Shown here piece by piece: positions 40,367 through 53,100 of a DNA stretch of 64,000 nt (position 1 is the stretch's first letter; each line of letters begins with the position of its first letter). Source of the stretch: Nemertoderma westbladi (taxonomy: Eukaryota; Animalia; Xenacoelomorpha); NCBI GenBank assembly GCA_032718475.1, contig JAUCBJ010006750.1:75245-139244 (forward strand). Reading direction: 5' to 3'. The position numbers and the translations under genes were made by a program. A model generated the notes under the pieces. The model did not search any database and was not told the DNA's origin. It was given only the letters and a program-made list of their open reading frames with translations.

Positions 40367-41407
40367 GAGCCCCCACTAAATACTCCCAAAGGACAACCAT
40401 CTTGGAAAGCACCAACTTCCAATGTAGGAATCCGAGAATTTCCTGTAGTGCAGTTGAGAGTCCATGGTCCTGACAAAAGTTATATAGTGAACGCCCTTCT
40501 CGACTCTGGCAGCACAGGAACATTCATTGACAAAGAACTAGCTGAAGACATCTTTGCTGGACAACCCAAGTTCCGAACCAAGTTAATCATATCAGGAATT
40601 ATGCAGGTTTGGAAATCTACAGTAACTACAGATTACTACGTAGGCGCGTTGTCCACCCCCCAGGATGAACTAGGAGAACACAGTATAAGGTCAGTAAAAA
40701 TGGTGGCGATAAAGAACTTCGCTACCAGTCAAGGGGAACCTTATAACTGGGATGAGGATGACTTCACCCATCATCATAAGATACCTAGATTCAACACAGA
40801 CTACCCTGGAGTGCAAATACTCATCGGCCAAAATGCGCATGAGGCGCTTGAGACATTGGAGAAACGGCCTGCTCAACCGCAACCACTACAAGTCTATGCG
40901 GGAAGAACTAGAGTGGGTTGGTACTTTACTGGCCCTTCCCGTAGAACACTCATGGAAAGGTTGCCCAAAGAACGGGTCTACCACGTAAGTAAATGGGAAG
41001 TGGAGAGCAGTGAGGTGGACGATCCAACTGAGGGAATACCATACTCCTCAGATAATGACGATATTAATTCTAATGAAGATCAATGGAGACATTGCCTTGG
41101 GACGATTAATCCAGCCGACATCGCTTCCAGAGGAGCAGCTCCTCAAGAACTGATAGATACTCCGGACTGGCTAAGTGGACCCGACTTCCTAAGTAAAGAA
41201 GAAGATGAATGGCCTTCTCAGCTTACCACGGCGGAGATTAGACAGGCCAAGGGAGCGGAGAAAGTAACACAACAACTCAATCGCCCAGCTGGTCGTTTAT
41301 GTTTACTGGAAAGAGATCGAAAACTGTCCGGACACTATGGAAGGCAAGATACTCTTCCCATGACCACCTCCCTAATCCAAGAAATATCTAGGGACTCCAT
41401 AACGTAA
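40367..41407 (+). pseudogene. Element B aspartic protease fused in frame to short post-RNase H and integrase C-terminal remnants
   Basis: ALLDSGSTGTFI protease motif. Junction ~41066 leads to DQWRHC..INPADIASRG; junction ~41266 leads to TQQLNRP..LCLLE and the natural stop. Confidence 0.9.
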
Positions 41408-43060
41408 CAACATACGGAGTGGGTGTGTGACTATATTATTTTGCATATTTTATTATTTTTATATTTATGTATGTATTATTATGTAATTTTATTATAATCG
41501 TTTTCTTTAATTTTATTTAGTCGAATATTATTTTAGCAATTATTTAGTAGATTAGTGCAATATATTAATGTTTATTACTTAATTACTTATATATTATATA
41601 TTTAGTGCGACGGCGAGAAATAATTATTTTTCTCTTTCCTTACTGTCCGTATCATATTATAAATACGTGACTACAGTAAGATGAAATATCCGTACTTATT
41701 AAAGTACAATAAAGCTCCTACTATATTCAAGTATTATTGGTAAGCAGAGTATTAGGAATGCAAAGTTCAGATCCTCGTGTCTCGGCTAAACCAAGCTCTG
41801 GGTAGACCTTGGAAACGACTTGCCTCTTCTCACTGACATTGCTTCGTGCGATATTGCTCTCATACCGTATATTAAATAATACATATAGTAGCGTGATGTC
41901 CCTTTAACAGTAGCGTAAAACGCAAAATAAATCTGTTAAACCCTTTGACCATCTGTAATTCTAGTCGATTAAGATATCGCGGCACCCACCGATATACTTG
42001 AAAGACAAATTCTAGAATCAGTGGTTAACGTCCCCAGACAAGTTCTGGAATAAATCGGTGCCCATCTCAAATATTAATTATTAATATTTCAAATCAATAA
42101 TCAAAATCTGTAAAATTCAGATCCTTCAACAATTTCTAGTCGATTAAGATATCGTAGCATTTACCGATATTCTTAAAAAGACAATTGTCATAGAATTAAG
42201 GATCTTGTGTCCCCAGACATGTTCTGGAATCAAAATATGTCAATTTAATTTCAAATAATAAAATTTCAGGGAATAAATTCTAAATTCATGCCTTTTAATG
42301 AATTTAATAAATTGCCATTTTTACGCAATTTATAACATTCCCAAAATTCCATTAATTAATAGATCAAGGGAGCGGAGATTTATCTTATTATGCGTATGAG
42401 TGTGCGAAAGTCTCCCAAACATAGTCAATAGCCGATAAAATTCATAAAGTCATGTATAAAACAGAACATTGACTATTAAAGAATTACTATTAAATAACAT
42501 CCCAGATCTGTATGCATTGGAATTACCCTAATTCTACCGCTAGCTTTGCATAATGTCACCATAGCAACAACCACGCTAGAATTAGAATTGAGTTAAAAGA
42601 ACAATAGAAAGCTTGTCCCATTGAATAGCATAGGGAATAAATAGTGCACTGATAGTATCCAAGGATACATAATAATAAGTGACATTCTGGAAGGCATTGA
42701 CTAACGGACAAGTGACCCGAGTGTGTGTAATTTGTGACAAGTTGTGTGTGTGGTACTTGTGAGTTTATAGGCGAATGTTACTACTAAGGTGTGTTTACAG
42801 TAGCTAGTCGCAATCGTAAAAGTAACCTAACTCTCCAAGGAAAACCTGAAGTACATCTAAGCCTTTGGGACGGACAGTCGAGTGACTTGTGCCGGTTGTC
42901 GTTGTCGTTGTGCGGCTACGTCGTTGGCGAAAGTACAGCGGCGACGACACATCGGCGCTGAGGATCTCGTACTGTCCGGGGGTTAATTGGAGTAGGCAGC
43001 GACGCTCGCTAGCCTGAATATAAACTCCTTATAATGTGGATAAACTCATATATAGCAGAC

Positions 43061-44440
43061 ATGATGGAGTTGATAGCAGATGTTCTTGGTATCGGGGAGC
43101 GATATACTCTACTTTTGCAAGCGTTTGTTGATAGCTTAATACGCGGCGACGTTAGTCCAACTGCTGCGGAGGACGATGGTCGTTATATCGAACCGCCAAT
43201 GTCCCAAGAGCAGCTCGCGCGCGAGTTGGACTATAGAAAATTCGCTGCTCGATATACGCAGCGTAATGGTACGTATGTGGTCTTCTTAACTACTGGTCAT
43301 CCTATCGATTTACACAATACGGACTATGTCGACTATATATCCTGCCCAGCGGAGTCGGAACCATAAACTGAAATTCGAATGCGAAAATTCTATTCGAAAT
43401 CGACTCGAAAGAAAAGACACTAAAGAAACAAATGGACGCGGTAACTCCAACGTATATTTGGAATTCTTGATAGAAGCATTGTAACAACAAATAAATATCA
43501 CCCGCGTTTCCCCTACCAGACGTGCGTCTTTGGTATTATTACGATAAATGTCCTAGACCCAGCCAATAAACGGAAAGACATAAACATCCACGGAAACGTC
43601 GTGTTAAACACAGTTGTGTTCGTTATATTTACTGGAGTTTCGAGCGAAACTTGTTTGACGTATCACCTATGCTCACTCGGCTCTAACGATCCTAGAGTAA
43701 ACCTACGATCAGAGTCCCGGAATACTCGGTCAAACCTCCTCATTCCTTAGTTGGACCTCAGACCTGCGATCCTGGTGGTGTCGCGGATCCTCGCGGACGG
43801 TATTCACTGTTCAAGATCTAGTGCTACCCTAACAATTAATCGGTAACACTCCGACAGTGATTTCTAGCTAGCCGCCCATCTTACCTAGCTGGATTATGAC
43901 GCAGACACCTAATATCATTATCCAACCGTATGGTCGTCCCGTTTAACGCGATACAACCCTTCATCAAAGTGAAGGAGAGCGTTGTACGAAACGAGTTAAA
44001 CGCTATTCTATAAAGATCAAAAAAGAAACCTGCGTTTGTTCAGATAAACGTAAGTTATAACAGTAAGTCCAATCGATAAACGAATTGTCTTTATCTCAGT
44101 TCGATTGTGAAATCCAGAATCTCTAAGAAGATATCGCACTTAGACAACCCCATTCTCTGCGAGAGTTTTTGGATGAACGTATCCAGCTACGAGCGGAGGA
44201 AAATCAGCTCGAGGAGAAGCATATCGAAACGGCGGATACCCCGACCACAATCCTACACCTTCTGATGCAATCATATTGCACCCTTCACCCAGGAGTTATG
44301 GCCCTCCTAGTAAAGTGGCTCCCCCCAAAGAGAAAAAGACTCTTGCTAGCCTCAAAAAACTGCGTAAACGCCGTCTGCGTAAGAAAGACTAACTGTTTAG
44401 AGTATCTTTATGTTTTAGAAACTGTGATTTTTATATTTTA
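43061..44440 (+). pseudogene. Element B ORF3 remnant, unknown product
   Basis: Homologous to C 46838-48441; many third-position synonymous differences in the first ~90 codons and in the HPRFPY..TCVFGII block. Confidence 0.6.
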
Positions 44441-44470
44441 TAGACTGAAAATCCCATTTTCTGGGAGCGG

Positions 44471-45684
44471 TGTAAAAGCTTTTACTGAATTGTCCGGTTA
44501 TTTTTCCTTATTTTTCCCGTAAAGTACTCTGTAGTTGGTTTACCAGGCATAAAAAGGCCGTGTCCTTGCTGTACTGGTGTTTTAGCGGACATAAGAGCTA
44601 TTTCTTCTGTATTTGTACTTTAGAGGACATAATCCGTAATTCCGTGACGTAAAAGCTCGATACTCTTGAAAACAGTGTCGCTACCATGACGACAGCTAGC
44701 AGCTGATATTGCCACGTCGACGTTTCTTTGTTTCTCTGTTCTCTCGTTGTTCAGGTTGACCAATCAGAGCGTTTGTTGTCTTTGTGTTGGAGGTATATAC
44801 AGAAACTCAGTAGTTCAGTGTTATGTTTTTGCCCAGAGCCTAAGAACCGGCTTTGGCACCTCCGTGTTTTAGTTTTTAGTCTTACACTAGTAGGTTTAAT
44901 TATAAAGGGCATATATCCTTTAACTACCTGACTCATGGAATCACTGCTAACTGATCATACATACTGACTGCTGAAACATTGCAAACTCATAACAATCAGT
45001 GTTTTCATTGTTGTTTTATACTGCTATTTACCGTCAGTTCTTCATAATATGGTTGATGAATTATTATATTTGGAATAACGATAAATAACCCCGAAACCCA
45101 ATATTCTTGATATACCGAAGGTAAGAGAGAAGGGTTACAGATAAACGATTGTGACTTATGTTAAAGTGGTTTGAAGTGAATCTAATGTTATTTGATAGAC
45201 CCTACATGAGTCAGTCTGTGTTCCTTTTATATGTGACTAAAATCAGTGAAGATTGGCAGATTAGTGTGCAGTATTGTGCAGCATTGTGTATGAGTGAGTC
45301 TGTTAAAGAAGCAATTCCTAAAGAATGCGCCATATATGTGAATTATAATTAAGCCATATCGTTGTGAGTAGTTTAAGTCATAACTCTGTTTATATAGATA
45401 AAGCGCCACGTCCTAAAGGAACTGTTAATATTCCCGAAGGTGAATAATATTGTCAGAGATTATATAATACTGTCAGTCGAATAATACATTAGGCTTACAT
45501 AGCAATAAAATTAAACCGTCGAACCCAATCTCCCGGGAATATCCAGCGGGTGAATGGTCGCGCACGGATTGGTTTCGACTAGTGTAGTGAATCAAATACT
45601 TGTCATAGACTAAAAACTGATTTAATATCTAGAAGACATCTTAATTTGGTGGGTTAAACTGCCAAAGGTCTGAAAGCGCGAACA
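44471..45684 (+). repeat. 3' LTR of element B (1214 bp), preceded by PPT-like CTGGGAGCGG (44461-44470)
   Basis: TGTAAAAGC...GCGCGAACA; the same PPT precedes the 3' LTR of C. Confidence 0.92.
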
Positions 45685-46811
45685 CTGCCAATTTTAGGTG
45701 TCTTTTTGTATATCAATTATTTAATGTACTGAAGGTACATCAGCCGAAGCCAGCCTGTGCGCGACCATTCACCCACAGTTAAGGGAGACTGGATTCGGAT
45801 GCTTTGATAGTGATTGCAGTGTATACCTACTGTATCATTCGATTGATCGTTAATATATAATCTCTGACAATATACTTACTTTCGGGGAAATATTAACAGT
45901 TCCTTTAGGACGTGGCGCTTTAAGTATAAAACAGAGTTATGACTTATACTAATCACAACTGGATGGCTACTGAGTTTCGTAAAAGGCGCATTCTTTAGGA
46001 GATGCTTTATTAACCTTCACACTACTTCACACGACTTCACACTACTTCACACTACTGCGCACTGATCTGCCGACCGTCACTGAATTTGATCATATATAAG
46101 GAGGATCGCAACTGACACATGTAGGGATTATGAAATAGCATTCAATTCACACAAAAACCACTATAATGTAAGTCGCAGTTGCTACCGGTAAACCTGTTCC
46201 TCTAACCTTTAGTAATCAAAGAGATTGAGGGTTTTATGATTATTCATCGATATTCTCCAAATATATCAGCAATATATACTAACATAACACCAATTAATAA
46301 CAGAACCAAATAATGCGGTGAACAGTCAGTATGTGTAGTTGAATCGCGTTGCATAGTGCAGCGGTGTGGCGGTGTGCTGCGTTAATAGTTTTACGTTCCT
46401 TTGATCAAAGCCATCTGATGTTTCTGAGGTTTAGGTCAAAGTCTGAAACTTCCACAGAAGTACAGAAGAATCCCAAGCTGGTGTTCTGGGCTTAGAAAGA
46501 TACACACACTGACTGAATTGCCTGAGTTTCTGTAGGTATGGTACAACACAAAGTGAAAATCGCTCTGATTGGTCGAGCGAGCCAAACAAAGAACAAAGAA
46601 AGCTCCACGCTGGCATTAAATCAGCTGACAGATTGCGTCATCTGAGTCATCTTTTAGAGTATTAAGCAAATTGCGGAGAAAATGGCTTGTTATGTCCGCT
46701 AAAGCACACATGCAGACATAGCGGGTAAAAATGGCTTGTTATGTCCGCTAAAACACCTACACAGTATATTGCGGAGTAAAATGGCTTGTTATATCCGCAA
46801 AAGCTTTTACA
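45685..46811 (-). repeat. 3' LTR of element C (terminal 32 bp missing); PPT at 46812-46821
   Basis: Matches 61697-62823 with no length difference and about 10 substitutions by eye. Three U3 repeats of GCGGA(T/C)ATAACAAGCCATTTT. Confidence 0.96.
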
Positions 46812-46837
46812 CCGCTCCCAGAAAATGGGATTTAATT

Positions 46838-48441
46838 CTATAAAATATAAAAAATCACAGTTTCTAAAATATAAAAATACTCTAAACAGTTAGTCCTTCT
46901 TACGCGAATGGCGTTTATGCAGTTTTTTGAGGCTAGCAAGAGTCCTTTTCTCTTTGGGGCGAGCCACTTTACTAGGAGGGCTATAACTCCTGGGTGAAGG
47001 GTGCAATACAATTGCATCGGAAGGTTTAGGATGACGGTCTGTGTATCTGCCGGTCGAGGTACTCGGTTGATCAGTATCAACCTCAGTGGAACGAGGTTGA
47101 ACAACCTTCAGAGCGCGTTTCAAGACAGCAGCTCTTACTGGCCCCTGACGATTTGTCTGCACAAGAGCGGTAGGTGGACTGTGTGTAGTGAGAAATTTCC
47201 TCGGTTTGATGGTTCTTTCCGACTCGAGTTCTCGGGCTCTGTCGAAATCGATATGCTTCTCCTCGAGCTGATTTTCCTCCGCTTATCGTTGGAAGCATTC
47301 ATCTAAAACTCGTTTAGAGAGTAGGGTCGTCCAAGTTCGATATCTTCTTAGAGATTCTGGATTTCCAGATCGAACTGATATAAAGCTAATTCGTTTACCG
47401 CTTGGACTTGTTGCTGCAATTTACGTTTTTCTAAGCAATCGTAGGTTCCTTTTCCGATCTTTTATCGAATAGTGTCCAACGCGTTTCGTACAACTCTCTC
47501 CTCCACCTCGGTGACAGGTTGTATCGGGTTAAACAGGGACGATTATACGGGTTGAACGGCGATATTAGGTGTCCGCATCCCAATCCGGTTAGGTATGATG
47601 GGCGAATATCTAGGGAGCCCACAACCGGAGTGCCACCGACTAATTGTTCGTGTAACACTAGATCTTTGAACAGTGAGTAAGCTTGGGAGGATCCGTGATA
47701 CTATTAGGATCAAGAGTCTGAGGTCTCACCAGGGAATGAGGAGGTCTGACCGAGTATTCCGGAACTCCGATCATGGGTTTATTTAAGGATCGTTTGAGTC
47801 GAGCGAGCGTAGATGATACATCGAACAAGTTTCGCTCAAAACTCCCGTAAATATAGCGAGTAAAACTGTGCTTAGCTCAACGTTTCCACTGATGTTTATG
47901 TCTTTCCGTTTGTTGGTTGGGTCTAGGACATTCATCGTAATAATACCAAAGACGCACGTCTTGTAAGGGAAACGCGGGTGATCTTTCTTCAATTTTACAA
48001 TGTTTCTCTCAAGAATTCCAAATATACGTGGGAGTCACTGCGTTTATCCGGTTCTTTAACGTCTTCTCTTTCGAGTCGATTTCGAATAGAATTTTCGCAG
48101 TCGATTCTCAGTTTATCGTTCCGACTCCGCTGGGTATGATATTTAAATAGGACCATTTCCCTTTTGGTGTCGACATCGTCCGTATCATGTAAATCGATAG
48201 GATGACCAATAGTTAAGAAGTCCATATATGTACCATTATGATGCGTATAGCGAGCGGTGAATTTTCTATAGTCCAATTCACGCGTGAGTTGTTCCTTTGA
48301 CATTGGCGGTTCGATATAACGGCCATCTTCCTCCGTAGTAGGTTGACTAACGTCGCCGCGTATTAAACTATCAACAAACGCTTGCAATGGTAGGGTATAT
48401 CGCTCCCTGATACCAAGATCATCTTCTATCAACTCAGTCAT
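46838..48441 (-). pseudogene. Element C ORF3 remnant, unknown product
   Basis: Chain of same-strand ORF fragments (48441-47995, 47992-47783, 47658-47431, 47104-46838) ending just before the PPT; homologous to B 43061-44440. Confidence 0.6.
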
Positions 48442-50135
48442 AGCTGCTATATGAGTTTATCGATATTATAATTAATCATAATTAGGCTAGCGGTTGTTGC
48501 TGCCTACCCCTCAATGCCCCCGGACAGCGCAAGATCCTCAGCGCTGATGTACTGTCGCCGCTGTGTCTATCGCCAACATAGTAGCTACACAACGACAATA
48601 ACAACCAGCGCGAGTCACTCCACTGTCCGTCCCAAGGGCTCAGATTTATTTCAGGTTCTTACTGCAGAGGTAGGGCTACTTTCACAACTGCGACTCGCTA
48701 CTGTAAACACACTTTAGTAGTAACATTCACCTATAAACGCACAAATTCCACATAACTGTCACAAACCGCACACATTCGGGCCATTTGTCCGTTAGTCAAG
48801 TGCCTTCTAGAATGCCACGTTATTATTATGTATCCCTGGATACCAGCGGTGTGCTATTTATTCCGTATGCTATTCAATGGGGCAAGCTTTTTATTGCTCT
48901 TTTAACTCGCTTCTAATTCTAGTGTGGTTGTTGCTATGGTGACATTATGGAAAGCTAGCGGTAGAATTAGGGTAATTCTCATGCATACAGATCTGGGATG
49001 CTATTTAATAGTAATTCTTTAATTGTCAATATTCCCCTTTATACATGATTTTCTGAATTTTATCGGCTATTGACTATATATTGGAGATTCTCGCACACTA
49101 ATACACTTAATAGGGTGAATCTCCGCTCCCATGATCTATTAATTAATGGAATTTTGGGAATGTTATAAATTGCATAAAATGACAATTTATCAAATTCATG
49201 AGAGGATATGAATTTAAATTTATTCCCGTAAATTTTATCATTTAATATTAAATAGACACAATTTTATTCCAGAGCATGTCTGGGGACTTAGGATCCTGAA
49301 TTCTGGGAAATTTGTCTTTTTAAGAGTATCGGTAAGTGCTACGATATCTTAATCGACTAGAATTTTAAAGGATCTGAATTTTAACAGATTTTAGATTTTC
49401 TAGAGTTAACTTGTAAGTATTTACTCTATTGTATTTGTTTGACAGATTTTATAAATGTTAATAGTTAATATTTAAGATGGGCACCGGTTTATTCCAGAAC
49501 TTGTCTGGGGACGTTAACCACTGATTCTAGAATTTTGTCTTTCAAGTATATCGGTGGGTGCCGCGATATCTTAATCGACTAGAATTACAGATGGTCAAAG
49601 GGTTTAACAGATTTATTTTGCGTTTTACGCTACTGTTAAAAGGACATCACGCTACTATATGTATTATTTAATATACGGTATGAGAGCAATATTGCAAGAA
49701 ACAATGTCAGTGAGAAGAGGCAAGTCGTTTCCAAGGTCTACCCAGAGCTTGGTTTAGCCAAGACACGAGGATCTGAGTTTTGCATTCCTAATACTCTACT
49801 TACCAATAATACTTGAATATAGTAGGAGCTTTATTGTACTTTAATAAGTACGGATATTTCATCTTACTGTAGACACGTATTTATAATATGATACGGGCAG
49901 TAAGGAAAGAGAAAAAGAATTATTTCTCGCCGTTGCGCTAAATATATATAATATAATTAAGTAAGTAATAAGACTAATATATATTGCACTAATCTACTAG
50001 ATAATCGCTAAAATAACATTCTACTAAATAAAATTAAAGAAAACGATTAGAATAAAAGTACATAATAATATATACATAAATATAAAATAATAAAACATAT
50101 AAAACAATATGGTCAAACACCCACTCCAGACGCTG

Positions 50136-53100
50136 TTACGTTGAGGAGTCCCTAGATGTTGGTTGGATTAGGGAAGTGGTCGTGGGAAGAGTATCTTGCC
50201 TTCCATAGTTTCCGGAGAGTTCTCTGTCTCTTTCCAGTAAACATAAACGACCGACTGGGCGATTGAGCTGCTGCGTCTCGAAGACAATTCCCGGTTTCTT
50301 AAAGTTACGTCGCATGACGACGAGTTCTACCGATCGCACTAAACCATCATCTGAGATATGAGTCTCGATGATACGACCTGTCTGCCACTGCGTACGTGGA
50401 AGATCTGAATCCACAATAAGGACCATGTCTCCGGCGCTGACGTTTTCTTGCTGCGCAAACCACTTGGTTCGAAGTTGTAGCGTCGGCAGATAATGTTTTT
50501 CGAAATGGTCAGCGAAACGACGGGATAACAACTGCATAAGTTACCAAGTTTGCCGGCAGTATTCGTCTCCGTCCGTGATTTCCGATTGTGGGAGCATGGC
50601 TGCAGGTTTCTTCAGTAGGAAGTGCGCGGGTGTTAGCGCTTCCAGGGAATCGGGACTCGATGAGACTGGCATAAGCGGTCTCTCTTTGAGATAGGCGGCG
50701 ATTTCCTCCATTAACGTCCGCAAAAGTTCGTCGGTGAGATACGCGCGGCATGGCACTATAAAGTGAAATGCGGTCTTCACGCTCCTGATTAATCTCTCCC
50801 AACTTCCTCCCCACTAAGGGGCGTCGGCGGCGTTGAAGGTCCAGCTAGATGCTGTTACCCTTAGCTGATCGTCCACCTGTCTTTGGTTCCAATCTTTGAC
50901 GTAAGCGTTGATTTCATTGTGGGCGCCAATGAAGTTCGTTCCCTTATCAGATCTCATTGTATTACTAGTTCCAAAGCGAGCGATCTGTCGGCGTAAGCTC
51001 AGTATGAAGCTGTTGGTAGACAGATCGTTCACCATATCGAGATGGATAGCTCTACAAGTCATACAGACGAAGATGACACACCATCTCTTGACTATAGTCC
51101 TAGCACGATATACTTCAATAGGGCCAAATAAATCCACACCGGTATTAGTAAAGGGTGGTTCATAGAAGCTTACTCGTTCCCTAGGTAATTCTGCCTCTCA
51201 CTGTGTTAAAGGCCTACTGAATGCTTTCCTACAGGGTATGCAGTTCCTAAGAACTTGGTTCAGAGCTCTACGGGGTTTATGAAAATAATAGCGAGTTCGA
51301 ATTTCGCTAAGAACTCGTTCTCTACCAGCATGGTAAAGCTTACTGTGAACATCTACAATCATCTTGATTTGTATTTCAAGATTTCTAATGAGTATGGGAA
51401 ACTTAGTGTCAAAGGATAATGGAGCATTAGTTAGTCTTCCTCCAACACGTATCAACCCATCTATCATTGTGCTAGAGAAACGATCCCTTAAGCGCATCTG
51501 TGGATTTCTCAACAACAGGAAATACTTATCGGAATCCTCATAGCATTGTAGGAGTCTCAATATCTGCTTATTGGTTTCTTCATGCTCCTGGTAACTGATC
51601 TTCTCCTTCAGAAACCTGTCTGATATCTTGTATTTGGGAAGATCTTTAACAACATGGACCTGCGCAGATGTCAGTTTAGCGGTATCACTAGTGGTCTTCG
51701 TCCTGGAGTATTGATGATGAAAACATCGCTTTAAATATGTAACGGCCTTACAGAGCCGATTCCAGGAACTATAGTGATGTATCACTCTCTGCAGGAGAGG
51801 TGGGAGTCCTTGCGAGACGTCTGGTGTTCCAGATTTCCAATCTCTCTCTCTGATTTCCACAACAGACTTATTTGTGGCTGGGGTTTTGGATCCAAAACGT
51901 CGTCTCCGGAAGTGTTTAGTACAGACAGATCTATCACGGGTTTAAATAACTTCGATTTACTCGCCCGGGTTTTAGGTTTGACTTTCTCCGCTCCCTTGGC
52001 TTGTCTAATCTCTGCCGAGGTAAGATGAGGAGGCCATTCATCCTCCTCCTTTCTTAGGAAGTCGGGTCCACCTAACCAGTCTGGAGTATCTATCAGTTCT
52101 TGTGGAGTTGCTCCCCTGGAGGCAATGTCGGCTGGATTAATCGTCCCGGGGCAATGTCTCCATTGATCTATCTTCGTGCGACTAAGTATAATGGCTACTC
52201 TGTTGGTAACGAAGACGCTGAACTGACAGACTTCATTGGTTATATACTCCAACACGAGTAAAGCATCGGTCCAATAGACAGTTTTCTCCAGTGGATAGTC
52301 TATCTGTTCTGTAACATTCCGGCCGATGGCTGTAGCGTATAGAGCCGCTTTTAACTCCGCTCTAGGAACCTTCAACTTGTTGTTAATCAAGGCCTTAGAG
52401 GTAACTAAGGCGACCTTAATTCAGTCCGGAGTTTCAACTCTCTAGTAGGCTACTATACCTATTCCCATATCGCTGGCGTCTCCAAACACGTGGAGTTGAT
52501 AGGAATACGTGGGGAGAACATGACCAAAATATGAACGGGAAATTATAAAGTTCTCGATGGATGGTAGAGAATCTTCCCATTTCATCCATTTCTTTAATAG
52601 TTCTCCCTTAAGTGGATCGTCCCACGAGTGGTTTTCAAGCCACATTTGTTGTACTAAACTCCGAGCAATCAATATAACTGGGCTAATAAATCCCAATGGA
52701 TCGAAATAAGTGCTCAGGATACTTAGACAAATCCGCTTAGTCCGAACTGGATTATCTCTCTGCTTTAGTTGGAAAAACAGAATATCTCTCTCTGTGTCCC
52801 ATTTCAAACCAAGCGTCTTGGTTTATGGAAGATTGTCCTTGATTAGGTCTAGATCTTTAACTCCTCGGTCTTCTACCGGGATTGATTCCAGAAACTCACG
52901 GGAGTTGATGGTGAATTTAGTTAATCAAAATCCACCTCTTTTCAAGCACTCTACCGTTCCTTTGGCGACATCAATGGCTTCTTCCACTGATGGGAGGGAC
53001 TTTAAATTGTCGTCCATGTATATATCCCGTTTGATGTTGTCGATAACCTCTTTGGAGAAGGCGTCCCGGTTGTCATCAGCAGTGGTACGCACTACTGAGC

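Larger units (their letters stand above)
34036..45684 (+). mobile_element. BEL/Pao element B: internally deleted, non-autonomous, probably chimeric
   Basis: LTRs TGTAAAAGC...GCGCGAACA at both ends. The interior is collinear with element C in the opposite orientation but lacks RT, most of RNase H and integrase. Its two LTRs are visibly diverged from each other. Confidence 0.92.

Noticed and set aside
34031-45689. CCGCC/CTGCC as the true TSD of element B
   Set aside because: CTGCC is native C-LTR sequence (compare 61697-61701) and the left flank is gag of A, so the two sides come from different targets.
46838-48441. env gene
   Set aside because: No signal peptide, furin site or clear transmembrane anchor is recognisable.
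41416-50128. GGAGTGGG-TGT just after the pol stop in B and C as PPT and LTR start
   Set aside because: The following sequence has no copy at the 5' end of either element; the real LTR pair begins TGTAAAAGC ~3 kb further on. It may be a relic PPT.
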